DNA of 64,000 bases, taken from a virus. How positions within the stretch are numbered: position 1 is the stretch's first letter; every line of letters starts with the position of its first letter. The position numbers and the translations under genes were made by a program. The stretch covers positions 64,514-128,513 of the IMG/VR virus record IMGVR_UViG_3300031578_000005. One strand, given 5' to 3'. Below the pieces are notes generated by a model, which was given only the letters and a program-made list of their open reading frames with translations, was not told the DNA's origin and searched no databases. Positions 49,449-58,549 of this stretch are shown here, in pieces.

Positions 49449-49519
49449 CAAGAAAATATTAATGTTCATTGTAACATTTTCACATTGTACACGTATATAT
49501 AATCGAAGTTCTTTAACAT

Positions 49520-49613
49520 GGCACTTTTTGCAAATATTGGTTTTGCAATCTATTCATGAAGGGTTAACCGAAGTATGATAGAATCAATGTGGGTTCGATT
49601 CCTGCAAGTGCTA
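49520..49613 (+). ncRNA. tRNA-like RNA with elongated anticodon arm
   Basis: ggcactt/aagtgct, tgcaaa..tttgca D-arm, gtggg-ttcgatt-cctgc T-arm; boxA-like gttctttaaca at 49508. Confidence 0.5.
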
Positions 49614-50089
49614 CGAGAAAACCAACCGTTGATTCTCCCCTGATTGGGGACACGTTGAACAGTACTTGTGTAGAGTAACACGAATAGTAAGGCTATTAAG
49701 GCAGCTTCACGAACTGCGTCCTGTTAAGATGCGTGACGGCAATGGTTACTCAGAGGTAGAACGTCCTACCATGACGACTGAGTAAAAAACTTTTCTGGTG
49801 TTTTGAAACTCATTTATGAAGAATCGAACGAACATCAGAAAAGTTTTTCTTTTTTGTAACAAATTCTAATAATGTCCGTATAGTATTTATTAATAATAAT
49901 TTAATTATGAAAAAACTTATAATGCTTTTGCCAATGATAGTAATTAAAGACTATCCCAGTTTCAAAAAAGTAATAATGGTTTTTATTTAAAAACTTGTTA
50001 ATATCATTTTTTAAATTATCTTTGTAACATCAACGGGAATATTTACGTATAATAACAATAAATTAACTTTAAATAAGAACAATATCACT

Positions 50090-51007
50090 ATGACAGCTAA
50101 TTTAAATAATACCGTAATAAAAGTTCTTAATGCCGAACATGGCAAAAAGGTCATTAAATGGTGGAAAGATCAAGGAGTTGATACATTTAATTTTAACGGA
50201 AACTCTATTGGTAGTTATTATGGACTGGTCAATAATAAATTCAATAAATTCATTTTTTGTCCACCACATGGTTCTGAAGTTATTGAACTTCCCGATGATA
50301 ACTTCACACTACCACAGTATTGGCATGTGATTGTTACAGTAGTGAATCACGATATGTTATTAAAATGGTTTAATGGACTTCATTTGCCCATTGGAAATAT
50401 CTGTGGTATGTGTAAGTCTATTAATAGTGATAATACAATTACCTATACAAAAGAACATAATCCCCGGACTTCTATTAAATCACCCAACTATGATTTTGGT
50501 ATTGAGATTACAACCGAACAATTTAAAAAATACGTCATGAATGAAAATAAAAAGATTAGTGGTTATAAACTCAAAGATAAATACAAAAACAATAAAAGCG
50601 TTTGTGGTGCTGCTTGTGATATCGAAGGATATAATTGTTTTGGAATGACAACTATTACTTCAAGAACAGCAATCATATGTACTAGTGAATATCCATACAA
50701 TGATTCTATTCAAAAACTTAAAGAAGCTGGCGTATTCGAATTATGGTTTGAACCCGTATATGAACAAGTAAAAACCCTGCCCGTTATTAATGGCTATAAC
50801 GGCAAAATCATTAATAACAGCGTTGTCGAATATGGCTGTGTTACATTTAATGTTGATGCACTTAAAACAATTTTAACTTGTAGTAAAAATTTAGGCTCTC
50901 GCACAATTACCGCAATTACACTATCATCAGGTGTGGTGATTACATTAGCCGAGATTGAACAAATTGTCGATTACATGATGATTACAACTGCTAATGTCCG
51001 TAGTTGA
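50090..51007 (+). CDS. Hypothetical multi-domain phage protein
   Basis: 305-aa ORF with own promoter. Confidence 0.65.
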   Translation: MTANLNNTVIKVLNAEHGKKVIKWWKDQGVDTFNFNGNSIGSYYGLVNNKFNKFIFCPPHGSEVIELPDDNFTLPQYWHVIVTVVNHDMLLKWFNGLHLPIGNICGMCKSINSDNTITYTKEHNPRTSIKSPNYDFGIEITTEQFKKYVMNENKKISGYKLKDKYKNNKSVCGAACDIEGYNCFGMTTITSRTAIICTSEYPYNDSIQKLKEAGVFELWFEPVYEQVKTLPVINGYNGKIINNSVVEYGCVTFNVDALKTILTCSKNLGSRTITAITLSSGVVITLAEIEQIVDYMMITTANVRS

Positions 51008-51600
51008 TATTGTACAATAGATAATGTCTTGAAAATTAACGTCAACTATCAATTGGCAATGTCCGATGGTGATTGTCCGTAGTTGATATTGTCCGTTGTC
51101 GTTTTCAACAGTAATCATTTTATAAACTTTTATAATTATTTATAAAATCGACTTTGTGAAAAAATTTAAAATGAACGTCGATGTCATGGGTGTGGGGACT
51201 ACCTTTTCCCAGTAATTATTATCGACAATCATTAAAAATTTAACTTTTATCGACATCTGCTCCAGCAACAGCGAATGTACGTTGCCGAACTCATTGATTA
51301 TCAACACCTACTGAAATGCTCTTGTATGTACCCGACATTACTATATTTATAGTCACGAGTACACATAACCAGTAGTTATAGTACTGGTGATTTTAATAAA
51401 ACCCTCATGAGTCAATGACGTCAGGGTCTGGACTGAAAAGATCGGTTTTAGTCGGTTTTAGTATGTGATTATTTTTAGTATGTGATTAATTTATAATACG
51501 TGGTTTATGATTAGTTTTAATTTATACCGATTAGTTTTAGTTTATTGTTACAGTTATTTTTAACACACTAAAGAGTTTTTAGCACGAGATCGGTTTTAGC
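50995..51600. repeat. Non-coding region with clustered short direct repeats
   Basis: tgtccgtagttgatattgt x2, tcggttttag x3, ttagtatgtgatta x2, gattagtttta x2. Confidence 0.6.
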
Positions 51601-51684
51601 AGAAGTTTTTTGTAACATCTACTGGATATTTACGTATAATGACTTAAGCAATTATTAATTACTAACACTTAAAATCTACACCGT

Positions 51685-52017
51685 ATGAACAAACACCGGC
51701 TTTATTACAACAGCGAATACAATGGATTTCATGTTCTTTATAAAATCAGCGATGGTTTGGCAACCATTAGTGGATGTTGTAATTTTATCGAAGATACCCG
51801 TACTACAATTACTAGGGCAATAGTAAATGAACAATATCTTAAAAAACTAATTGTTGTTGATGCCCTGCATTTAGAGCAACATGATTTTATCCAAATGCAC
51901 GGTAAATACGTTGATTCTCCATGTGCGCTTACGACATTAGGGGATAAATCCTATTTATTTTATCGGGATAAGCATATTATCAGATATTATTACTCCGAAC
52001 AGTTTATTACTTATTAA
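51685..52017 (+). CDS. Hypothetical protein
   Basis: ORF with own promoter. Confidence 0.55.
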   Translation: MNKHRLYYNSEYNGFHVLYKISDGLATISGCCNFIEDTRTTITRAIVNEQYLKKLIVVDALHLEQHDFIQMHGKYVDSPCALTTLGDKSYLFYRDKHIIRYYYSEQFITY

Positions 52018-52234
52018 CAACATAAAAACATCTGGCTATGACAACAACAGAAATAATACTATCATCAATCATTTGCTTATGATATTCATATCACATAAAC
52101 CAATAAAAACAATATGTGATAACGGATGGTTAGACAATCCCAAACTTGCAGCTTTATTGTGGCCACTAGGATTTTTGGCGATGTTTTTGGCAGCTATTAC
52201 TGTAGTTTTAAACATATCTTCAACAACAAATACA

Positions 52235-52847
52235 GTTATATGCAATGCTACGTTTGTGCTTCGTGTTAAGTTTCATCGTAACATTCTTTTTGTTTTATTT
52301 TCCCAACGCTCTTAAAAATTCATTAATACTTTTAGTTGTTTCAAAACCTTCACCCGTGTGAAAAAAATAGTTTTGAAGTTTTCCATTTCGAGTTATAAAC
52401 CCTTGTGATTTAACCTTTGTTGGTATTCCCATATATGGTGTTTTACCATCAACATCATCTGAATCTATAATTGTGTATTTTTCTCCATAGTTAGCACCAT
52501 TATAAAAGTCTTCTTTTCCAGAAACCTTAATATCATATTTACCCAACACATAAATAATTCCATTTACGGAATCTGGTTCAATTTCAGTGTTTTCATTTAA
52601 CTTTCCACCAAAGTTTTTCACTTGGTCAATTAATTTTCTCATTTCGTTTTCCATATATTTTATTTTACATATAAATATTCAGAATTAAATTTTCCACCAC
52701 ACAAAAATAAAACAAAAGGGTTCATCTCTCGTATCAAGTTTATTGTTAAATCCGCACAGCATATAACAACGTGTATAAAATATAGCCAATTAAGGTCTGT
52801 GGTTTATATCAAATGTTGTGTGTGGCTACGTTTCATACACGCAGCCG
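52235..52847. mobile_element. Solitary attC-like cassette, inverted relative to the 56-64 kb array
   Basis: Starts GTTATATGC (52235), ends GCATATAAC (52759-52767), then hairpin gtgtat..tagcc...ggcta..atacac and GTT (52847). Confidence 0.7.
52295..52654 (-). CDS. Cassette cargo protein with MRKLID..LNE N-terminus
   Basis: 119-aa ORF; TATTTAT motif upstream. Confidence 0.6.
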   Translation of the reverse strand: MENEMRKLIDQVKNFGGKLNENTEIEPDSVNGIIYVLGKYDIKVSGKEDFYNGANYGEKYTIIDSDDVDGKTPYMGIPTKVKSQGFITRNGKLQNYFFHTGEGFETTKSINEFLRALGK

Positions 52848-52997
52848 TTAGCATAATCAACACTGACATTAGTATGAGTTTAAGTATGGATTAAAGAACA
52901 AATATTATAATTTGATGTTTTTTGTAACATCTACAGGATTTTTACGTATAGGAATTAAATAATTAAAACAATAAATTCAATCTAAAAACTTCTGACT

Positions 52998-53420
52998 ATG
53001 TGTTTACGTACCCAACAAAAACGAGTTAAAACCGCTAAAGCAGATATTATTGTGTATAAGCATGTGATTAATAACTGCTTTAGCAATTCAATCGATTATG
53101 GTGATCACAAGCCCAAACGCCTTTATACATCTGTTAATAGTGATTATATCACTTCATATCAAAAAACTCCTGTTGAAATTGGCAAGACCTATAAGTCCAA
53201 ACTAGATAAGCCCGATGATCATGGTGATATTCATATGGATTTACATTCATTTGCTGATTTAGCTGATGCCAAGAAAGAAGCTAGGAATTGGCGTGAAGTT
53301 CTGGTTAAGTGCGTCATACCTAAAGGTGCTAGGTATTATCTGGGTGATTTTGAAGAATATAGCTCTTATGCTTCAAATCAATTACAGTACATAGAAATTA
53401 TCAGAGACTATAAAATCTGA
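52998..53420 (+). CDS. Hypothetical protein, paralog of 54800..55225
   Basis: MCL.T..AK.DIIVYK..LHSFA..VLVKCVIPKG..SNQLQY shared. Confidence 0.7.
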   Translation: MCLRTQQKRVKTAKADIIVYKHVINNCFSNSIDYGDHKPKRLYTSVNSDYITSYQKTPVEIGKTYKSKLDKPDDHGDIHMDLHSFADLADAKKEARNWREVLVKCVIPKGARYYLGDFEEYSSYASNQLQYIEIIRDYKI

Positions 53421-53473
53421 AAATTTGTAACATTTACTGATTATTTAACGTATTAATATAAAAACTTCTGATT

Positions 53474-53776
53474 ATGAGAACAGATAAAGAATTGTATAAG
53501 ATATTGTTAGACAATATTGATAAGCTCGAACATGGGTTGTGTAAATTATGTTATGTCCTAGAAAGTACTGGTGTAATGGATAATGACGAAAGTAATAGAA
53601 CAGCCGAAAATATAGCTGCACTTAGGAAGGGGTTGTTATTAAAGCTTTTATTTTTTCCAAAAAAAGAATTTGGGTGTTGGTTCTTTCCGTGGGGTTCTAA
53701 ACCAGAGAGGATAAAACTTTTAAAAGCTTTGATTTTCATAGAGAGTTTGAAGTTTTGGAAATGCTTTAAAAGATAA
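53474..53776 (+). CDS. Hypothetical protein
   Basis: ORF with own promoter; distantly similar to 58550..58903. Confidence 0.55.
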   Translation: MRTDKELYKILLDNIDKLEHGLCKLCYVLESTGVMDNDESNRTAENIAALRKGLLLKLLFFPKKEFGCWFFPWGSKPERIKLLKALIFIESLKFWKCFKR

Positions 53777-53844
53777 ATATTGTTCAATTAACCACTAATG
53801 CTAATAGACAATTGTTTATAGCCTTTGTTATAAAACATTTTATT

Positions 53845-54120
53845 ATGTATGTAAATTTAAAAGTAAGCACAAGTGAAGAGTATTTTTCACAACAAGAACG
53901 GGAAGTAGATTGGGAAGAAGATGACAGCTCAAAAGTACCAACAAAACAAGCAAACGAGATCGGAAAAATACTCGCAACGGAGATTAGTATTTTTTTATTA
54001 CGCAGAGCTACTGGTTTTTGTGGAAGTGTAGTTGACCATATGGTTAGTGCTCGTAGAGAGCTGATAAAAAAATACGAAAATGATTATGAAACTTATATAG
54101 AATACAATGACTTTTATTAA
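53845..54120 (+). CDS. Hypothetical protein in degraded attC-like cassette
   Basis: Preceded by tGTTATAAAACATTT (53827), followed by partly complementary aaatattttatag. Confidence 0.5.
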   Translation: MYVNLKVSTSEEYFSQQEREVDWEEDDSSKVPTKQANEIGKILATEISIFLLRRATGFCGSVVDHMVSARRELIKKYENDYETYIEYNDFY

Positions 54121-54204
54121 ATATTTTATAGAAGTAAGTATAAGAACCGTGCAAAATTATGTACAAAAGATAATATGAAAGATTAATTAAAAAATGAAAA
54201 AGCA

Positions 54205-54486
54205 ATGGAAATAATTTTAGATACAAAGCGAATTACTGTTAATAATATAATTACCAGAACCGAACTACTTAGGTTAGCGGGAATTACAGAAGAAATGGAA
54301 AAAAAGAGTATAGCTGCTGTTAAAAGTGCTGGAACGGGATGGGAAGTTTGGCGTAGAATAATTGGTGACGAACCTGACGAACAACTTAAAAGTGACGATG
54401 TAATTAACTTAACTGATGAAAAATATTCTAACCTATTTTATAACAGAACCTTTTTTACTGGATGTAATAATACTACAGGCGGGTAG
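54205..54486 (+). CDS. Hypothetical protein (possible ubiquitin-like fold)
   Basis: ELLRLAG..PDEQL..VINL..FFT, C-terminal TTGG. Confidence 0.45.
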   Translation: MEIILDTKRITVNNIITRTELLRLAGITEEMEKKSIAAVKSAGTGWEVWRRIIGDEPDEQLKSDDVINLTDEKYSNLFYNRTFFTGCNNTTGG

Positions 54487-54533
54487 ACATTTATCGATTT
54501 AAATGATATTATCTACTGAAATTTTAAATAATA

Positions 54534-54773
54534 ATGATAAAAACTGAATTTTATATTGCCGGTGGAAACAAAATGCAAATGAGCACAAAACTAAGTGATT
54601 GTACCAAACTTTGTGAAATTGATGGAATATTATATGATTATGACGGAAATAGGCAGATATGGGTTAAAAATGCAAATACAGATTACTTTACTGAAAGAAT
54701 CGTAATGCAAGAACAAGATAATATCAGCACAGATGGAATTGTTCGTGTGATTATATTTAGTACTGATAAATAA
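54534..54773 (+). CDS. Hypothetical protein
   Basis: ORF. Confidence 0.5.
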   Translation: MIKTEFYIAGGNKMQMSTKLSDCTKLCEIDGILYDYDGNRQIWVKNANTDYFTERIVMQEQDNISTDGIVRVIIFSTDK

Positions 54774-54799
54774 AAACTTCAAATTAAAAACTTCTGACT

Positions 54800-55225
54800 A
54801 TGTGTTTACAAACTAATTGGGAACAGGCTAAAATAGCTAAAACTGATATTATCGTATACAAGATTTTATCCTGTGTGAATAAAAAATATCTTACTCCTTA
54901 TAGGAATGCTCGTGTTGAGATCGGCAAGACCTATGAGTCTGATTTGGATGAACCTCAATTAAAGTTTTATATTGGGAATTCATTTGAACGGATAGTTAAA
55001 GTGAGTTTACATTCATTTGCAAATAAAAAATCAATAATTGCAGCCCAAACAAAAGAATCGGGAATAACATGGTTTGGCAAAAGAGTTCTGGTCAAATGCG
55101 TAATTCCTAAAGGAAGTGAATATGTTAAAGGCAAGTTTTCTTCGCTTACAGCTGATCATAATTCTTATACATCAAATCAATTACAATACCTAGAAATTAT
55201 CGGAGACTATCACAATGAGAGCTAA
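54800..55225 (+). CDS. Hypothetical protein, paralog of 52998..53420
   Basis: Shared motifs and identical aaaacttctgactATG leader. Confidence 0.7.
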   Translation: MCLQTNWEQAKIAKTDIIVYKILSCVNKKYLTPYRNARVEIGKTYESDLDEPQLKFYIGNSFERIVKVSLHSFANKKSIIAAQTKESGITWFGKRVLVKCVIPKGSEYVKGKFSSLTADHNSYTSNQLQYLEIIGDYHNES

Positions 55226-55598
55226 AGACAATATCGAATTTATTTCCACGTGGGGGTTAAAACGTGATTGGTCATATCGAGGTGAAGAATTTATTTATAT
55301 TCCCTTGACATGGAAATTGGGTGTATCAAATATTGAAGCATTAAAGATTAGGATTGCTAAATGGAGACCTAAATATAATCGTAGTAATCAAGCACTGATT
55401 TATTATGAGGTAAATACCCAAGAACAAGCCCAAGTTATTTTGAATAGTTACGTTAATTTCAACTTCAAGCATTTAGAAAAACGATTTGATGAATTATATG
55501 AACGAGATAGGGGCATGATGATGAATACGGGTGATACCTGTAAATGGTTATTGGGTATTATTCCGATATTGCGTAATGAGTTTTTGATTATAACATGA
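55215..55598 (+). CDS. Hypothetical protein
   Basis: ORF. Confidence 0.55.
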   Translation: MRAKDNIEFISTWGLKRDWSYRGEEFIYIPLTWKLGVSNIEALKIRIAKWRPKYNRSNQALIYYEVNTQEQAQVILNSYVNFNFKHLEKRFDELYERDRGMMMNTGDTCKWLLGIIPILRNEFLIIT

Positions 55599-55616
55599 TT
55601 TTTAAATAAAAACAAC

Positions 55617-56006
55617 ATGGTAAAAATAAATCGAAATGTGGGTGCAAGAGTAATTGTGAAATCAGTTCTTGTTGAGATTAATCCCAAGGTTAAAATTAGA
55701 AAGTTAAAAAATGTTCAAGGTACAATTGTCGAACGTGGTGATCATGAGCAATATTATCACACATGTAGTGGTGGATATACTTATGTTTGGAAGAATTTAA
55801 TTAAAAAGGATGTTTATAATAATTACGCCATTAAGTTAGATAATGGCGTTGTTGATATTGAAAATAATAATATTATTGTTGTTCGTGAAATTGAATTAAA
55901 ATTTTTGGATCGTTTGCCTGTTGCTGTTAAATTTATAACAAAAAAACAATATGATAATGCTTTGAAATTAATTAAACTTTATGAAAAACAACATGGTATT
56001 ATCTGA
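55617..56006 (+). CDS. Hypothetical protein
   Basis: ORF. Confidence 0.55.
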   Translation: MVKINRNVGARVIVKSVLVEINPKVKIRKLKNVQGTIVERGDHEQYYHTCSGGYTYVWKNLIKKDVYNNYAIKLDNGVVDIENNNIIVVREIELKFLDRLPVAVKFITKKQYDNALKLIKLYEKQHGII

Positions 56007-56110
56007 GCTACCAGAAAATTTGTTGGCTTAAACATAGCAGATAATTTATTTTGTAACATTTTCTGTTAATATACGTATAATGGCTAAACTTTGTGATAAA
56101 GAACGAGAAA

Positions 56111-56485
56111 ATGAAAATAAAACAATATGAATGGATTAAAAAAGAAATTGGTGTTAGGGAATTTTCTTTACCCACAGTTCCCGTATATTTTTTTGAAACA
56201 GGAATAAGACGTGCTATAAGGATAATACCAGTTTCTTTAGGTGAAGATAAAATCATCAATGCCATTGAGATTACATTTGTTTATAATTCCTCAGAATGTA
56301 AGATCGAAGTATTTAGTGTTCCTGTCACAGAAATTGAAGATATTTATCATCTTCAAGGTGAAAGGCTTCACAGATTTTTTGTAAATTGGATTGATGGGGA
56401 TTTAAATACAAGAACTAAAGAACAATTTGATGGTGATTTACAACTTGCATTAAATCAAATTATAAATCGAACATATTTTATTTAA
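56111..56485 (+). CDS. Hypothetical protein
   Basis: ORF after ECF promoter at 56052. Confidence 0.6.
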   Translation: MKIKQYEWIKKEIGVREFSLPTVPVYFFETGIRRAIRIIPVSLGEDKIINAIEITFVYNSSECKIEVFSVPVTEIEDIYHLQGERLHRFFVNWIDGDLNTRTKEQFDGDLQLALNQIINRTYFI

Positions 56486-56538
56486 ACCAGCACTAAACCG
56501 CTTATACATATTGTTAGGCATATGTGCTTTAAATTCAA

Positions 56539-56724
56539 ATGATTATGACAAAGAATGAAATTATTAAAAAACGTTATCCCTTTTTCAATGGAAAAAATAT
56601 TGAATTAGATTTAGAAGAAACAAAGGAACTTATGAATGACCTATTAGATGTAGTTATTTCAATGTATGTTCCTGATGGTAATCCTGAAATATGGTTGAAT
56701 AAAATACAAAAGTTACGTGATTAG
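56539..56724 (+). CDS. Cassette ORF, hypothetical
   Basis: Between GTT 56513 and TAAC 56743. Confidence 0.55.
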   Translation: MIMTKNEIIKKRYPFFNGKNIELDLEETKELMNDLLDVVISMYVPDGNPEIWLNKIQKLRD

Positions 56725-56807
56725 GTTTCTTGGTATTATGCTTAACTGCTAAGTATATGGTGCATTGCAATTAGATGCACTAATTTTTAAATTTTAAATA
56801 CACACAA

Positions 56808-57167
56808 ATGAAAAATAAAGGGATTAAACAACAACCCACAGAGTCAAGCAATGATTTATATACATTGTCATGCCCCGTTGATTTATTTCGTTATTTCCTG
56901 CGTAAAAACTACAAGGATATAGATATAAGTAATGAAGAGTGTGATGGCATTGGAGAAGAATTTTACGAATACCTGCGAAACTTGAATTTAACCGAAGAGC
57001 AAAAGCGAAACATATTGCCTAAAAATACATTTGACGTAATATTAAACAGCGAACACCCATTCAGAACTAATGGCTTTCCTGCCGCTTATGTTATACATTT
57101 TGCGCAATTTGTAGAGCAGCAGAAACAAAAAGCGTTGGCAGAAGGTTATGATCCAAATGGGGCATAA
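56808..57167 (+). CDS. Cassette ORF starting inside hairpin loop
   Basis: Stop codon is the TAA of core TAAC 57165. Confidence 0.6.
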   Translation: MKNKGIKQQPTESSNDLYTLSCPVDLFRYFLRKNYKDIDISNEECDGIGEEFYEYLRNLNLTEEQKRNILPKNTFDVILNSEHPFRTNGFPAAYVIHFAQFVEQQKQKALAEGYDPNGA

Positions 57168-57201
57168 CTGCTGCAAATATATATTTTAGTTAAATTTTGA
57201 T

Positions 57202-57483
57202 ATGGTACAAATTATTTTAGAACAGATAAATGAAGTAAGCAAATTTTGTGTAGGAAAAAATATTTCTTACATAAAATTTGACTATACAAAAGACTATTCA
57301 ATATTAACACAAATAGGAATAAATGGATACAATATTTATTTAGAAATATTTTTTGATGTAAAATCTGATACAGTAGAAGATGTGTGTGTTAATGTATATA
57401 AAGACAAGAAATGTAAATTTGCTTACGGAGGAACTATGAAAGATTGTTTGAAACGAATTACTGATGAAATCAAATTTAATTAA
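57202..57483 (+). CDS. Hypothetical protein wholly inside an attC-like loop
   Basis: Flanked by caaatatat..ttaaattttgat / atcaaatttaa..atatatttg arms. Confidence 0.6.
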   Translation: MVQIILEQINEVSKFCVGKNISYIKFDYTKDYSILTQIGINGYNIYLEIFFDVKSDTVEDVCVNVYKDKKCKFAYGGTMKDCLKRITDEIKFN

Positions 57484-57521
57484 ATATATTTGTTGTTATA
57501 ACATTCAGTTAATTATTGATT

Positions 57522-57737
57522 ATGAAAACATTGGAATACAGCGATTTTTTAACCAGCAGAATAGATTACTGCTTGTGTGATGATAATAAAACAAATTTAG
57601 AAAAGATTAATACTTTAAATATCTACAAAAAAAATTACGGTGATTTATTGGCTAATAATTATCTTCCATTAGATGAAGTTGAAAGGTTAAAAAATCAACT
57701 ACGAAGAATAGATGATAACATTAAGTCGTTGTCTTAG
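57522..57737 (+). CDS. Cassette ORF, hypothetical
   Basis: Between GTT 57495 and TAAC 57745. Confidence 0.55.
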   Translation: MKTLEYSDFLTSRIDYCLCDDNKTNLEKINTLNIYKKNYGDLLANNYLPLDEVERLKNQLRRIDDNIKSLS

Positions 57738-57814
57738 TTGGATGTAACGGTCGGCAATATGAAGCGGTTGTAATTAGATGCACTAATTTTTAAATAACTA
57801 AAAACGATAATAAA

Positions 57815-57997
57815 ATGAACAAACTTAAAATTAAAGAGTATGCCAACAATGCATTATATACTGTATTAGTTGCCGTGTTTTTGTGGGTGATGGTTAGTAA
57901 TACCATACAGGCTTTTAAATGCCCAAGTATGACACGCACACAACTGTTTTTACACACACCTAAATCGTTTGTGTGTGATTGGCAACATTGCAACTAA
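57815..57997 (+). CDS. Cassette ORF, small membrane protein
   Basis: Starts in loop; stop is core TAAC 57995. Confidence 0.55.
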   Translation: MNKLKIKEYANNALYTVLVAVFLWVMVSNTIQAFKCPSMTRTQLFLHTPKSFVCDWQHCN

Positions 57998-58097
57998 CGT
58001 TTTTCATATCTTAAATAATAACATCAAGTTTAATAAATGTTCTTGTAACATCTGCAAAATCTTTACGTATAAGTATTCACAATAAATCGATAAGTAT

Positions 58098-58541
58098 ATG
58101 AAAAATTTAGAATTTAAAGGATTTGATGGACACTTGATATTATTATGTAAAAGTCATTATAAACTCACCGAAAGCTTTATCGAGAGTTTAAAAATGATCT
58201 GGGCAATAAGATGTGGATATCCTTATGATAAAAACGATAATTCATCTATAAGATATATTTTAGATGGATTATATAAGATTCTTGAACCTACAATTGAAAA
58301 TCCTCAACAATTTCAAGAAAAATTACATGAGAGTTTAATTTCGTGTATTTATGACCTCAATACATTGGAGAAGTTAGTACTTTTCTATCGTGATGAAATA
58401 TCCATGCTTCAAGTGCGTGAAAAATCCGCTAATGGTAAATGGACGACCTTAATTAAATTACCCCAGCCCCAAAAAAGATTATTTAATAGAATATTAACGG
58501 GTAATGGTAGATATGATGATTACAAATTAATTCAAAAATAA
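58098..58541 (+). CDS. Hypothetical protein
   Basis: ORF after ECF promoter at 58043. Confidence 0.6.
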   Translation: MKNLEFKGFDGHLILLCKSHYKLTESFIESLKMIWAIRCGYPYDKNDNSSIRYILDGLYKILEPTIENPQQFQEKLHESLISCIYDLNTLEKLVLFYRDEISMLQVREKSANGKWTTLIKLPQPQKRLFNRILTGNGRYDDYKLIQK

Positions 58542-58549
58542 CCGTAAAT

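Larger units (their letters stand above)
56490..57998. mobile_element. attC-like cassette block 1 (4 cassettes)
   Basis: End pairs GTTAGGCATA/TATGCTTAAC, GTCATGCCCC/GGGGCATAAC and ATTAGTTGC/GCAACTAAC; one imperfect pair (57495/57748); hairpins between units. Confidence 0.7.
29661..58072 (+). promoter_or_regulatory. Array of roughly 40-50 near-identical ECF-type promoters TGTAAC-N16/17-CGTATA
   Basis: Examples at 29661, 30062, 30434, 30764, 31111, 31513, 31780, 33117, 33372, 35534, 36165, 37808, 39477, 40642, 41288, 42877, 44085, 46559, 46876, 49128, 50023, 51611, 52923, 56052, 58043. Confidence 0.85.

Noticed and set aside
52998-55225. Diversity-generating retroelement (paralog pair as TR/VR)
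   Set aside because: Differences are not adenine-specific and no reverse transcriptase is in the window; ordinary paralogs.
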